A DNA stretch of 35,637 bases from a virus (Duplodnaviria > Caudoviricetes): IMG/VR virus record IMGVR_UViG_3300017707_000130, positions 1 through 35,637 of that record; one strand, 5' to 3'. Of this stretch, positions 1 through 8,667 are shown piece after piece. The translations under genes were made by a program, and so were the position numbers. The notes beneath the pieces are model-generated. The model saw only the letters and a program-made list of their open reading frames with translations, did not search any database and was not told the origin of the DNA. Each line of letters opens with the position of its first letter. The first letter of the stretch is position 1.

Positions 1-123
1 AGCGCGGCCCAGTTGAACCAGATCGGTGTCGATACGACGAGCCAGAGCGTAACCAGCGTCTTCCGTGTAGAAAGAACGCAGCGAGGTCAGGGCCTGGACT
101 TCGACGATGTCTTCGATCAGGCG
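1..123. repeat. Terminal direct repeat, left copy (assembly overlap of a circular/permuted genome)
   Basis: Bases 1-123 (AGCGCGGCCCAGTTG...CGATCAGGCG) are identical to 35515-35637 and lie in frame inside the capsid gene. Confidence 0.97.
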
Positions 124-411
124 GCTGTACTCGTAGTGCTTGTTGATGAGCACTTGGATGTTGCTGTCGGATTCAGCGATCAGGGTCACCGAGTCGGTAG
201 CAGCCTTGGCGTTGGCGGTGCCACGAGCGGGGCTGGGGATGTTGACGGTGTCGCCCTTCTTGCCCTTGAAGTTCATGCGCTTGACGAGGTTCGCCAGAAC
301 GAGATTCTTCTTGTAGGCGGCAACAATTTCATCACTCCAAATTTCGGGGATGAAGTTTGCTGCGGAAGTGACGGTAACGCTGTTAGTCGGGGAAAAGGCG
401 GTGTTTGCCAT
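1..411 (-). CDS. Major capsid protein, N-terminal part (continues at 35514..34951; about 324 aa total)
   Basis: Missing from the ORF track because it runs off the edge. ATG at 411 with GGAGA RBS. Translates MANTAFSPTNSVTVTSAANFIPEIWSDEIVAAYKKNLVLANLV...KGDTVNIP, a typical P22/HK97-fold coat N-terminus, and follows the scaffold gene. Confidence 0.92.
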   Translation of the reverse strand, partial: MANTAFSPTNSVTVTSAANFIPEIWSDEIVAAYKKNLVLANLVKRMNFKGKKGDTVNIPSPARGTANAKAATDSVTLIAESDSNIQVLINKHYEYSRLIEDIVEVQALTSLRSFYTEDAGYALARRIDTDLVQLGRA

Positions 412-440
412 AGTTCAAATCTCCAAAAAAGAAAGGTGGT

Positions 441-1178
441 TTACTTGACCCGGCCTTCTGCATACGCTTTGATGATCTCGTCACTAAGCGATTCATAACG
501 GCCCGGATCGGTCATCTTTAGCCGGATCAGGTCAGCACGACGATAGACTCGTTTTGAGCTTTCGCCAGAGCCACCAACATCAACTTGCGCGGTTTTCAGA
601 TTTTGCTTCCTGACTGCCTCACCGGCATCTTCAGTCTGCTTGCTCTTAACGCCACGAATCTGCTTGTAGGTTGACAGCAGTTCATTGGCCGAGTCGAAGT
701 CAAACTCGCTATCGGCTTTCGCATAGAGGCCCACCCGGATAGGTGAGCTTTTCACCCAGGCTGCAAACTCAGGGTCTTGAACCAACTGAGCGTAGTCCGG
801 GTGCTCTTGCGAGAGCTTTTGCTGAGTCTGCATCCGTCGGAAGTCGGCAGCAGCTTGTCGCGCCGCCAGCACATCGGGATGTTTATCAACGGTCTTTTGA
901 ACTGCCTTCTGGGGATTCTCAAAGAAATCTACTTCCGGCTCATCCTCAATCTGACTCGGTTGTTGCTTAGAACTGAGACTCTGCTTGAGCAGCTCATCTG
1001 CGAGTTTTCGCACTTCCCCAACTTCCTGGGCTTGTTTGCCAATCAGCTTTTCAGCCTCTTGGTGCATGCGAATGACCTCTTCCAGACTCTTTGTCCGGTA
1101 TTTCTCCGGGAGTTCTGGGGCCTTGGATTCCTCGGCTTCGATTTCGCTGGGCTGGTTCTGTTCTTCGTCAATCAACAT
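441..1178 (-). CDS. Capsid scaffolding protein
   Basis: Acidic, helical protein with PEKY..KS.EEVIRMHQEAEKLIG motif and C-terminal ...EIIKAYAEGRVK. Lies directly upstream of the capsid gene. Start moved to ATG 1178 (AGGA RBS); the track start is 1226. Confidence 0.8.
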   Translation of the reverse strand: MLIDEEQNQPSEIEAEESKAPELPEKYRTKSLEEVIRMHQEAEKLIGKQAQEVGEVRKLADELLKQSLSSKQQPSQIEDEPEVDFFENPQKAVQKTVDKHPDVLAARQAAADFRRMQTQQKLSQEHPDYAQLVQDPEFAAWVKSSPIRVGLYAKADSEFDFDSANELLSTYKQIRGVKSKQTEDAGEAVRKQNLKTAQVDVGGSGESSKRVYRRADLIRLKMTDPGRYESLSDEIIKAYAEGRVK

Positions 1179-1222
1179 AAGTGGTTCCTGCCAATCTGGT
1201 TGTAGGAGATTCAACTCGGCGC

Positions 1223-1459
1223 TCATGCTTGTGAGTTGGCTTTGCGCTCTGCGTTCAACTTCTCCATGTGGATCCGCTCAAACCGCCCGTGAGAGGACGG
1301 AAAGTGGCCAGACCACCCTTCGAGTTTGAACGCTGGAGCGCTCATGATGCGTGTTGCATTTTTGCCACACGCGCACTGAACATTGACCGACTCATAATCG
1401 GTCAGACGTTCAATTCGTTGCCCGCATTCGCAGGCGAATTCATAAATTCGTTTCGGCAC
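1223..1459 (-). CDS. FmdB-like zinc-ribbon protein
   Basis: MP..YEFACECG...VQCACG...RIMSAP pattern with two Cys pairs. Confidence 0.75.
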   Translation of the reverse strand: MPKRIYEFACECGQRIERLTDYESVNVQCACGKNATRIMSAPAFKLEGWSGHFPSSHGRFERIHMEKLNAERKANSQA

Positions 1460-1682
1460 GCAAGTCCTCGTATGCTCGTTCGCTGATCTGTTTGAGATTT
1501 CTCAGCCACAGAAGGATTGACAATTCGCCCTTGCGAAATTGTAAGGCGTTGCCGTCCTCAATCGTAGAAATATTGTTTAGCGATTCCAGCATCTTGTCAA
1601 CATCTTCCATCAGGTCGATCCAACCTTGCTGGGAAAACATGCTAAATCGTTCTTCGTAATATTTCTGAAGCTCAGGGGTCAT
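1440..1682 (-). CDS. Small head-morphogenesis-region protein (80 aa, MTPELQKYYEERF...)
   Basis: ATG at 1682 overlaps the upstream stop (ATGA). GW..L and L.FRKGEL..L..L pattern is typical of small helical proteins between portal and scaffold. The longer track start is a shadow of the upstream gene. Confidence 0.7.
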   Translation of the reverse strand: MTPELQKYYEERFSMFSQQGWIDLMEDVDKMLESLNNISTIEDGNALQFRKGELSILLWLRNLKQISERAYEDLRAETNL

Positions 1683-2143
1683 GCCATTGCCTGTCGGATG
1701 ATAAAGATGATGATGACGCCAATGATGATGACAGCGATGGCGCCGCCGATAATTTGAGCGGCCAAAAGGCGCTGGGCGACCAGCTTCTTCCTTGCAATTT
1801 TGGATTCGCGTTCCGCTTTTTCCCTGGCTTGGCGAATCTTGGCTCGCTCGATGAGCATCTGCTCCCATAACTCAGGGTACCCGCCATACACCAATTGATG
1901 CTTGAGCTGCTCTTCCATCTCACGCAACTGATTGGCCTGCATGACGATTTCCATCGCCTTGCCCGTATCTGACTGGCCCTTCTTACCGGCATCGTTAGCG
2001 GCCTTCTGGACAGCGTCTTTGGCGTCAAAAAAGCGGCCAAACTCACCGACAAGACCCTGGATGTCTTTGCCGAGTTTGATTGCCTTTTGGATGCCTGCGA
2101 CAGCAGCCTGGGCGGTAGCGAATGCAGTTATTGGATCTATCAC
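1679..2143 (-). CDS. Coiled-coil protein with C-terminal transmembrane helix
   Basis: MIDPITAFATAQAAV... start; hydrophobic C-terminus IIGGAIAVIIIGVIIIFII; GTGA-coupled start. Confidence 0.8.
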   Translation of the reverse strand: MIDPITAFATAQAAVAGIQKAIKLGKDIQGLVGEFGRFFDAKDAVQKAANDAGKKGQSDTGKAMEIVMQANQLREMEEQLKHQLVYGGYPELWEQMLIERAKIRQAREKAERESKIARKKLVAQRLLAAQIIGGAIAVIIIGVIIIFIIRQAMA

Positions 2144-2232
2144 ATAAGCACCCAGATGCCGAGCTTGATCAGCCCGATCAGCGATCCGACCAGCAAAGCA
2201 GCGACGGCAAAGCCAAGTATGAAGTCAAGCAT
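2140..2232 (-). CDS. 30-aa single-TM microprotein (MLDFILGFAVAALLVGSLIGLIKLGIWVLM)
   Basis: Read manually. Fills the gap exactly, overlaps the upstream gene end and the downstream GTG, and is entirely hydrophobic. Confidence 0.6.
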   Translation of the reverse strand: MLDFILGFAVAALLVGSLIGLIKLGIWVLM

Positions 2233-2419
2233 CATCCTTTTCCTTTTTCGCCAGTTTTAGGTGCTGGTGTTTGTACCAGATGTTCACGATCAAACCGATG
2301 ATGGCAATGATCAAGCCGCCAAAAGCCGCGATTTCGTTAGCCGTCAAGCCGAAATAAACGGCGCTGGCGCTGCCTCCGTACTGGGCGGTGGTGGCGACTT
2401 TGACGACTTCGACGCTCAT
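2225..2419 (-). CDS. Small holin-like membrane protein (HP1-holin-like)
   Basis: 64 aa: TM helix IAAFGGLIIAIIGLIVNIWY followed by a basic tail KHQHLKLAKKEK. Confidence 0.6.
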   Translation of the reverse strand: MSVEVVKVATTAQYGGSASAVYFGLTANEIAAFGGLIIAIIGLIVNIWYKHQHLKLAKKEKDDA

Positions 2420-2422
2420 GGC

Positions 2423-2650
2423 TTACTCCAGGGCAGCTTTGATCTCATCCGGGGTAGCCGCCGCATCAATCGCGGTCTGGATGGCGGCGTACTTCTCGCG
2501 GATGGCTTGGCGAGCGGCTTCAGCGCCGTCTGCCTGACCGGGGATCTGCTTGGCGATAGCCTCGTCATAGGGTGCAAACTCTTGCGCCCGAGCAGCACGA
2601 CGCATGTCGTGGCCGATGGATTTTGCTTTGGTGATGTTGATGGTGATCAT
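2423..2650 (-). CDS. Putative tail-fibre assembly chaperone
   Basis: 75-aa helical protein (R.AR...FAP.D; IDAAATPDEIKA) downstream of the fibre genes. Confidence 0.6.
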   Translation of the reverse strand: MITINITKAKSIGHDMRRAARAQEFAPYDEAIAKQIPGQADGAEAARQAIREKYAAIQTAIDAAATPDEIKAALE

Positions 2651-2836
2651 TTATGCATACTCCCATGCTGCACGGAAAGTTCTGTCAGACGGAATGTCAG
2701 CGACATCCACGATCTGGTAGGGTTTACCCGCCGGAACGTCTTTGGCCGCGATCTCTTCAATCGTCAGGCCGCACTCGGGGGCGGGGACAATGATGGCAAC
2801 GCCGTCGTCGGTTGGGTAAATGATTCTTTGGTTCAT
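2651..2836 (-). CDS. Putative tail-fibre assembly chaperone
   Basis: 61 aa with IAAKDVPAG.PY.IVD..DIPSDRTFRAAW. AAAGGAG RBS; adjacent to the fibre gene. Confidence 0.65.
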   Translation of the reverse strand: MNQRIIYPTDDGVAIIVPAPECGLTIEEIAAKDVPAGKPYQIVDVADIPSDRTFRAAWEYA

Positions 2837-2851
2837 AAAAGCTCCTTTGGG

Positions 2852-3508
2852 TTAGCGAAAGATTGCGACGTAGACTGCTGCTGAGTCAGTTAGGCTAGCC
2901 GTAGTACCTACATACATTCTTACTGACCCAACCAAAGCAGAGTTTTGATATACGCTGCTAATAAAGTTATTTGACGCGTTATTCATGGCGCATACTTGCG
3001 CCGCATAATTCGCGTCCGACATCGCCGTCGTAAGGTTGACGGTGTAATCACCCGTGCCGTTGTCGGTGATGCTCGACACGTTACCAGACGCGCGAATGGC
3101 AACTGTGCCCGTACCGTTAAAGTTTACCCATGCACGACAACCGTAAGCGGTAGCAGAAGAGCCATAACCGGAGTTGAACTGGAAGTTAGCCGAAGAATCA
3201 AACCGGCCCACTTCAACACCGCCTTCAGCGAACGCAATAGTGTCAGCAGAGGGAAAGAACACCCCGGTGTTGGTATCACCCGTTGGGGAGATGCTGGGGG
3301 CAGCGGCAGAGCCGGCGGGGACAGCTACAACGCCAGTCACCGTCACGCCAGAGCTATTGACCGTCACCACATCGCTCGTGGTAGCCCCGCTGTTACCAAC
3401 GCCCAGGCGAACAGTGCCGTCCGGTGTGGCAGGCTGGTACAGGGTGAAGTTCTGGGCCGCTGTACCCGAAGTGCCGACCTGTACGTTCTTGGAGTTGATC
3501 GTGCTCAT
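2852..3508 (-). CDS. Tail fibre / receptor-binding subunit (218 aa)
   Basis: GSAAAPSI...GDTNTGVFFPSADTIAF and CRAWVNFNGTG...GNVSSITDNGTGDYTVN fibre motifs. Start at ATG 3508 (ATGA overlap, GAGGA RBS). Confidence 0.8.
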   Translation of the reverse strand: MSTINSKNVQVGTSGTAAQNFTLYQPATPDGTVRLGVGNSGATTSDVVTVNSSGVTVTGVVAVPAGSAAAPSISPTGDTNTGVFFPSADTIAFAEGGVEVGRFDSSANFQFNSGYGSSATAYGCRAWVNFNGTGTVAIRASGNVSSITDNGTGDYTVNLTTAMSDANYAAQVCAMNNASNNFISSVYQNSALVGSVRMYVGTTASLTDSAAVYVAIFR

Positions 3509-3795
3509 TGGGATTCCTCGGAAGGCTTGTTCCACAAGCAAGTTTCTTCATCCAGCACCCACGAAGGATCCGGTTGAGGAGGGATGAATGCGTCCTTCAT
3601 CCGGTCGTAGGTAAAGCCGATGCCCGCAAAGTTCTTGCGTAATGGACGGCCTTCTGGGTGCTGACCCCCATAGGTGTTGTAGCTTGTCTGAATCCACTCA
3701 CCCGGGGACGAATCCACGAAGGTGTTGAAGAATTCAGGCTCAGCAACAATCACTTGCGTGACGATGCCATTGGAGACTTTGGCAAAGTGGCTCAT
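3505..3795 (-). CDS. Fibre-associated small protein
   Basis: MSHFAKV...WIQTSYN...LRKNFAGIGFTYD...DAFIPPQP.PSWVL pattern, translationally coupled to the glycine-rich fibre gene. Confidence 0.75.
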   Translation of the reverse strand: MSHFAKVSNGIVTQVIVAEPEFFNTFVDSSPGEWIQTSYNTYGGQHPEGRPLRKNFAGIGFTYDRMKDAFIPPQPDPSWVLDEETCLWNKPSEESQ

Positions 3796-4880
3796 GCTGT
3801 GTACGACCCAGAAGCGGTGAAAGTGAGAATGGTGTTGGAGCCAGATGTCGTCACGGTTGGCGACCCTGTAGTGGTTCCAGAATACCGAGACGTAGCGACC
3901 GACAGGATTACAACGCCTGAACCACCATTTCCCCCATCATAGACAGGGGTGCCCCCGTTGCCACCTCCGCCACCACCACCACGGTTTGCAGTTCCAGCAG
4001 TTCCCGGGCTACCGCCTGCGCCACCACCACCTGCCCCACCCGCGCCGGAGCTACCGCCCGCCCTCAAATCGTAGCCACCTCCGCCGCCACCAGCGTAAGT
4101 AACGGAAGAACCCGAGATAGAAGAGGCTGTGCCCGCGCCGCCCGCGCCGCCAGTGTTGCCGCTACCGTTTCCGCCAGTAGCACTTGCGCCGCCTCCGCCG
4201 CCACCAGCGTTGGATGTAGAGCCGCCGTTAGTGCCTGAGCCACCTGCGTTGCCTTGGCCCACAGTGCCAGCCGCTCCACCATAGCCGCCCGGAGCTTTTC
4301 CGCCACCACCAGAACCACCACTGCTAGGAGGAGCGCCACCACCACCGCCACCAATTGCAGTAATTGATATGCCGCTAATCGATGAGTTTGATCCAGAACC
4401 TGCGTTTGCCGTACCGCCTGCACCAACAACAATGGTATAGGTGGTGCCAACAGACAGCGTTGCAGTTCCCGCTAAATAGCCTCCAGCCCCTCCGCCGCCG
4501 CCACGGTCGCTAGTCCCGGCTCCGCCACCGGCAACAACCAGATAGTCCGCCGAATAAAACGCTGATTGATCGCCAATCGCAACCCATGCGGAACCGTTGT
4601 ACGTTTCAACGTACCCCGTAGATGTGTTAGCCCGAATCATCCCCACAGTCGGAGAGCCGGGGCGCTGGGCGGTCGTTCCCGCAGGAATCGTGTCAGCCCC
4701 AGTTCCAGTGGCAGTGAAACTGCCAGCAGACACTGTAGAAAACGATGCAACATCACCACTCAACACCAGCGTGCCGGTAGCATCCGGCAGCGTCACAGTC
4801 CGGTCGGAATTCGTGTTGGGCGAGGCAATGGTCACCGTGCCGGTGCCCGACGCGTTTCCGTTAAGTGCTATACGGCTCAT
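3792..4880 (-). CDS. Glycine-rich adhesin / tail fibre tip protein
   Basis: DYLVVAGGGAG...GGGGGAGG...YAGGGGG...GGSGVVI glycine-rich domain; N-terminal RTVTLPDATGT adaptor segment. Confidence 0.85.
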   Translation of the reverse strand: MSRIALNGNASGTGTVTIASPNTNSDRTVTLPDATGTLVLSGDVASFSTVSAGSFTATGTGADTIPAGTTAQRPGSPTVGMIRANTSTGYVETYNGSAWVAIGDQSAFYSADYLVVAGGGAGTSDRGGGGGAGGYLAGTATLSVGTTYTIVVGAGGTANAGSGSNSSISGISITAIGGGGGGAPPSSGGSGGGGKAPGGYGGAAGTVGQGNAGGSGTNGGSTSNAGGGGGGASATGGNGSGNTGGAGGAGTASSISGSSVTYAGGGGGGYDLRAGGSSGAGGAGGGGAGGSPGTAGTANRGGGGGGGNGGTPVYDGGNGGSGVVILSVATSRYSGTTTGSPTVTTSGSNTILTFTASGSYTA

Positions 4881-4889
4881 GTGTATCCC

Positions 4890-6641
4890 TTAGACGATGG
4901 CCCAGCGACCGCCAGAGGCCACCGTCACTGTCACACCAGAGTCTACAAGAAGAGGCCCAGCGCTGGAAGCGTTGTTGCCCGAAGCAACGGTATAAGATGC
5001 CGTCACTGTTGCAGAGTTGACGAAAATTCCGTTACTGGCCGTGACCGCGCTGGACTGCATATCCCCCGTGCTCGGCTTGTACAGCAACTTGGCGTTGCTC
5101 GTGTACAGCGTCGTCGGAGTGCCCGAAGTTGCAGCCGCAAAGAGCGGGTACAGGTTCGTGCTGGTCGCCGTGTCGTTGGACAGCGAGGCCCCCGCATTGA
5201 CCGTCGCCCAGGAGGCGTTCGTTCCGTCCGTCGTCAGGTACTTACCCGACTGCGAAGTCTGACTCGGGGCTAGGGCGTTGAAGGCCGTGTTGGCCGTCGT
5301 CTGGCCCGTGCCACCATTGGCAATCGGCAGCGTGCCGGTCACCTGGGTTGTGAGGTCAACACCCGAAAGTGTGCCACCCAGTGTCAGGTTTCCGCTGGAA
5401 GTGACGGTGCCCGACAGGCTAATGCCGTTGACGGTGCCTGTGCCGCCTACTGAAGTAACGGTGCCGGTGTACTGGTCATTCGACGTAACCGTAAAGCTCG
5501 GATACGTCCCACTAATGCTCGTAGTACCCGCGCCCGTGAGCGATACGGTTTGATCTGGCGCACTGTTGGTGATGGTGAAGTTAGGATACGTTCCAGAGGT
5601 GCTGATACCTGTACCAGCAGTCAGCGCCACCGTCTGATCTGGGGCGCTGTTGGTAATGACGCCTGTCGCGCTGCTGTAGCTGATGCCCGTCCCAGCGCTT
5701 ACCGCCGAGCGAGCGCGGGAATCAAGGTAGTACTGGTTAGTGCCTTCGCTAATGTCTGTCGTTGTCAGCGATACAGCACCCGTCTGACCGTTGACCGAAG
5801 TCACGAGGTTCGACTGGTCGATCTTTTGCCAAACCGATCCGTTAAACAGCAGCCAGTCGCCAATCTGCCAGTCGGTGATGCCGTTCAGGTTGGTCGAACC
5901 CGCCGTGGCTACGATGTAGTAGTAGCCATTGATGCCAACGCTAGAAGTCAGCGTCGGAACGTTGGTCGATGCGTTCCAGGTGCCTTGGAAGGATAGACCG
6001 CCAGCCACCGATGCCCAAGAAACAGCCGTTCCGTTGGTCGTCAGGAACTTACCCGCATTGCCAGTCTGGCTGGGGTAGATGTTGTTGATCTGGGTCTGAA
6101 GCGATGCCAGCGTATCGAGCACCGACTGGCTGGTGCCGCCACCGTTGGTAATGACCTTGATCTTCTCAGCCAGATCAGGAGCGACCACTTCGCCCACGTT
6201 GATCGTGCGGCCCGAGGACAGGCTGATGATGAGCGAACCGTCAAAGTCGATGTGTGCGTCGGTGACCGAGACACCATCTACGCCATCCCGACCATCCACA
6301 CCATTGCGACCGTCAGCGCCTTTCGGCCCCATCGCACCCGTCGAGCCATCCCGGCCCGCACGGCCGTCGCGGCCATTGGTGCCGTCGCGCCCGTCTTTGC
6401 CGTCCTTGATGGAGGCAACACGCTGCTCAATCTTGTTGCCCACCTCATCGTAGCGAGACTTGATGTCTGACTCGATCTTCTTGAGCGCCTCGATCACTAG
6501 ACGAGCCTGCTCGCCAACCTTTTGCTTTTGCAGCTCGCGGCTTTTGGCCATCGTGCCGCGAATGGACTCCAGAACAGCCTTTTGCTGTTCCTCGGACATG
6601 CCTTGGAGGATTAGCTGTTTAGCGAGGCTTTCAACGTCCAT
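4890..6641 (-). CDS. Long fibre protein with coiled coil, collagen-like G-X-Y run and beta-repeats
   Basis: N-terminal coiled coil, then GKDGRDGTNGRDG...GVDG, GTWNASTN.PTL, repeated ITNSAPDQTV.LT units and GTLPIANGGTG. Start overlaps the portal 3' end. Confidence 0.85.
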   Translation of the reverse strand: MDVESLAKQLILQGMSEEQQKAVLESIRGTMAKSRELQKQKVGEQARLVIEALKKIESDIKSRYDEVGNKIEQRVASIKDGKDGRDGTNGRDGRAGRDGSTGAMGPKGADGRNGVDGRDGVDGVSVTDAHIDFDGSLIISLSSGRTINVGEVVAPDLAEKIKVITNGGGTSQSVLDTLASLQTQINNIYPSQTGNAGKFLTTNGTAVSWASVAGGLSFQGTWNASTNVPTLTSSVGINGYYYIVATAGSTNLNGITDWQIGDWLLFNGSVWQKIDQSNLVTSVNGQTGAVSLTTTDISEGTNQYYLDSRARSAVSAGTGISYSSATGVITNSAPDQTVALTAGTGISTSGTYPNFTITNSAPDQTVSLTGAGTTSISGTYPSFTVTSNDQYTGTVTSVGGTGTVNGISLSGTVTSSGNLTLGGTLSGVDLTTQVTGTLPIANGGTGQTTANTAFNALAPSQTSQSGKYLTTDGTNASWATVNAGASLSNDTATSTNLYPLFAAATSGTPTTLYTSNAKLLYKPSTGDMQSSAVTASNGIFVNSATVTASYTVASGNNASSAGPLLVDSGVTVTVASGGRWAIV

Positions 6642-8664
6642 TGCCCAGCTCCTTGGTCAGCTCGTCCAAGAAGTCCTGCTCCATGCCGCTGACCTTGTTT
6701 TGCTTCTCGGCCATCTGAAGCTCAACGATCTTGGACTTGTTTTTAATGTCCGCTTCCTTGAGCATCAGCTCTGCGATCTTCACGCGCTTGTCGAACTCCT
6801 GCGACTCAGCGCCAGCAGGCAGGTTTTTGGTGGTCGATGCGATCACCTTGGCCTGCACTTCCTGCGGCATCAGTTGCGCCTCGGTCATCAGCTTGGTAGC
6901 CTCTGCCCGGTTCTGCTCGGCCTGCGTCGTCTGCACCGCGATCTGAGCCTGAGCCGCTTGCAGTGCGAGCTGCTGCTGCATCTGCTGCATCTGCTGCGCC
7001 TCGGGGTTCGGTGCGGCCATCTGCTCCAGCGCTGCGATCAGCTCGTAGCGGTTGGTGAGGCTGCTGTTGGACAAGATGCCCTTGAGCAGCAGCGGCAGCA
7101 CTGGGGTGTTCGGGCCGAGCGTTTGCAGCAGGCCAATGAACTGTTGCTGCTCGTACTCGCGAGCGATGATGCCCAGCGTGGCCGTCGGGATGAACTTCAT
7201 ATCCACCGACGGATAGCGCTCGGGGTCGAACTGCATGTACCGGAACGCTGCTTTTTGGATGAACGGAATCAGGAAGTCTTCCTGAAAGTTCACCAGAGTG
7301 CGCTTGTACTTCTTGATGATCGTGGCCACTGCCATCGACATGCCACCCGCATCGCGAGCCGCTTGGCTCACCATGCCTTGGCTATCGAGCGTGCCCGTCG
7401 ATTGCAGCAGCATGCGCTCGAAGTCCTTGGCTGTGGCGAGGTTTGCACCGTCGGTGTTGCCAAACTTGAACGGGAACAGAATCTCGTTGGGGTTGCCGTT
7501 GGTGAGGATCGCCTTACCCGGCTTGACTTCAAACTTCGCACCGCGAGGCAGACGCGTAGCATCCATCGCCATCATGGGGGCGGTGGTCAGCGCCAGCGAG
7601 TCAAGGTGGCTACGCACCTCGGCATCGATGGCCTTTTGCATGTTGTAGGCCTTCTCGACCGTACCGCGTCCCAGCAGGCGGTTGGGAACCGTATCATCTT
7701 GATAGGACAGCACAGGGCGATCCTTCATCATGTACGGATTCTCTTCAGCCTTGAGCAGATAGCCCTCGTTGGCGATGACGACAATGGCTTCCACCAGATC
7801 GCTATACTCATCGGCCACCGAATCATCGGGGAACAGGTCGGCGACTTCCTTGTTCTCTTCCAGATTCTTCAGATATTCGCGGGGCACCAGACCGTAGTAC
7901 GTCAAGAGACGAACCTTGTCGCTCTCGTACTGGCTGATCTCCTGCGTCGGCTCCAGATCGGTGTCCTCGCCAGCGGGCTGGATGTTCACTTTGCGGTAGA
8001 TACCGCGCTCCATGCCCTCAACCACCTTGTGGATCGAGACATACTTCTCGATTGCCACGCCCATGCAGTCGTCAACCGACGTTCCGTTGGGGTCAAACAA
8101 GAAGTTTTTCGGGTTGACCGGCACAATCTTCACCGCAATGCGGGGCTTTTCGATCACACCGATGGCCGCTTGGCCCATCTGCCCCGGAATCGCCTGTGTG
8201 GCGGGGACAAACGTCTTTTCCATCTTGACGACAATCTCGCCAATGCCCGTGCCGTAGATTTCGGCCATCAATTCGATCTGGTCGATGGATTTGCGGATCT
8301 TGTCCTGCTTGAAATCCTCCATCAACTGGGCTTTGATCACCTCAACATCAATCGGATTCTTGTTGATGTCTTGCAAGTCGTCCTCAATGTCGAAAAACTC
8401 GCCCTGGCCGAAGATCGCTTCCATGATCTCCGCGTGCCGAGTCTCAACGGCCTGCTGCGTGGCAGGAGTCACCAGCTTAGAGCGCTCAGATTCGCGCATC
8501 TTGTCCTCCGCCGCCCACTGGCCACGGAAGATGCGCTCATATTCCAGGTAGGAAGGCAGGAAGTTGGTGTCGCGCCAGTCGCGCCAGCGGTCGCAGTGAT
8601 CCGTAACAAAGGCCAGCAGCTCTTTGTCGCCCTCAGTAGGCTCGTAGAATTCGTTGGCTTCCAT
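6631..8664 (-). CDS. Portal protein (P22-like, Q-rich C-terminal barrel)
   Basis: 677 aa downstream of terL; YGTGIGEI, V.P.NFLFDP and GRGTVEK motifs; long QQMQQ helical C-terminus. Confidence 0.9.
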   Translation of the reverse strand: MEANEFYEPTEGDKELLAFVTDHCDRWRDWRDTNFLPSYLEYERIFRGQWAAEDKMRESERSKLVTPATQQAVETRHAEIMEAIFGQGEFFDIEDDLQDINKNPIDVEVIKAQLMEDFKQDKIRKSIDQIELMAEIYGTGIGEIVVKMEKTFVPATQAIPGQMGQAAIGVIEKPRIAVKIVPVNPKNFLFDPNGTSVDDCMGVAIEKYVSIHKVVEGMERGIYRKVNIQPAGEDTDLEPTQEISQYESDKVRLLTYYGLVPREYLKNLEENKEVADLFPDDSVADEYSDLVEAIVVIANEGYLLKAEENPYMMKDRPVLSYQDDTVPNRLLGRGTVEKAYNMQKAIDAEVRSHLDSLALTTAPMMAMDATRLPRGAKFEVKPGKAILTNGNPNEILFPFKFGNTDGANLATAKDFERMLLQSTGTLDSQGMVSQAARDAGGMSMAVATIIKKYKRTLVNFQEDFLIPFIQKAAFRYMQFDPERYPSVDMKFIPTATLGIIAREYEQQQFIGLLQTLGPNTPVLPLLLKGILSNSSLTNRYELIAALEQMAAPNPEAQQMQQMQQQLALQAAQAQIAVQTTQAEQNRAEATKLMTEAQLMPQEVQAKVIASTTKNLPAGAESQEFDKRVKIAELMLKEADIKNKSKIVELQMAEKQNKVSGMEQDFLDELTKELGNGR

Positions 8665-8667
8665 AAG

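Noticed and set aside
13-498. 161-aa plus-strand ORF
   Set aside because: Antisense shadow of the major capsid gene.
1438-1451. 14-bp direct repeat ATTCATAAATTCGT, also at 11408-11421
   Set aside because: A few 14-mer matches are expected by chance in 35 kb; one copy is coding, and no integrase is present to make it an att core.
2852-4880. Diversity-generating retroelement targeting the fibres
   Set aside because: No reverse transcriptase, and I saw no template/variable repeat pair.
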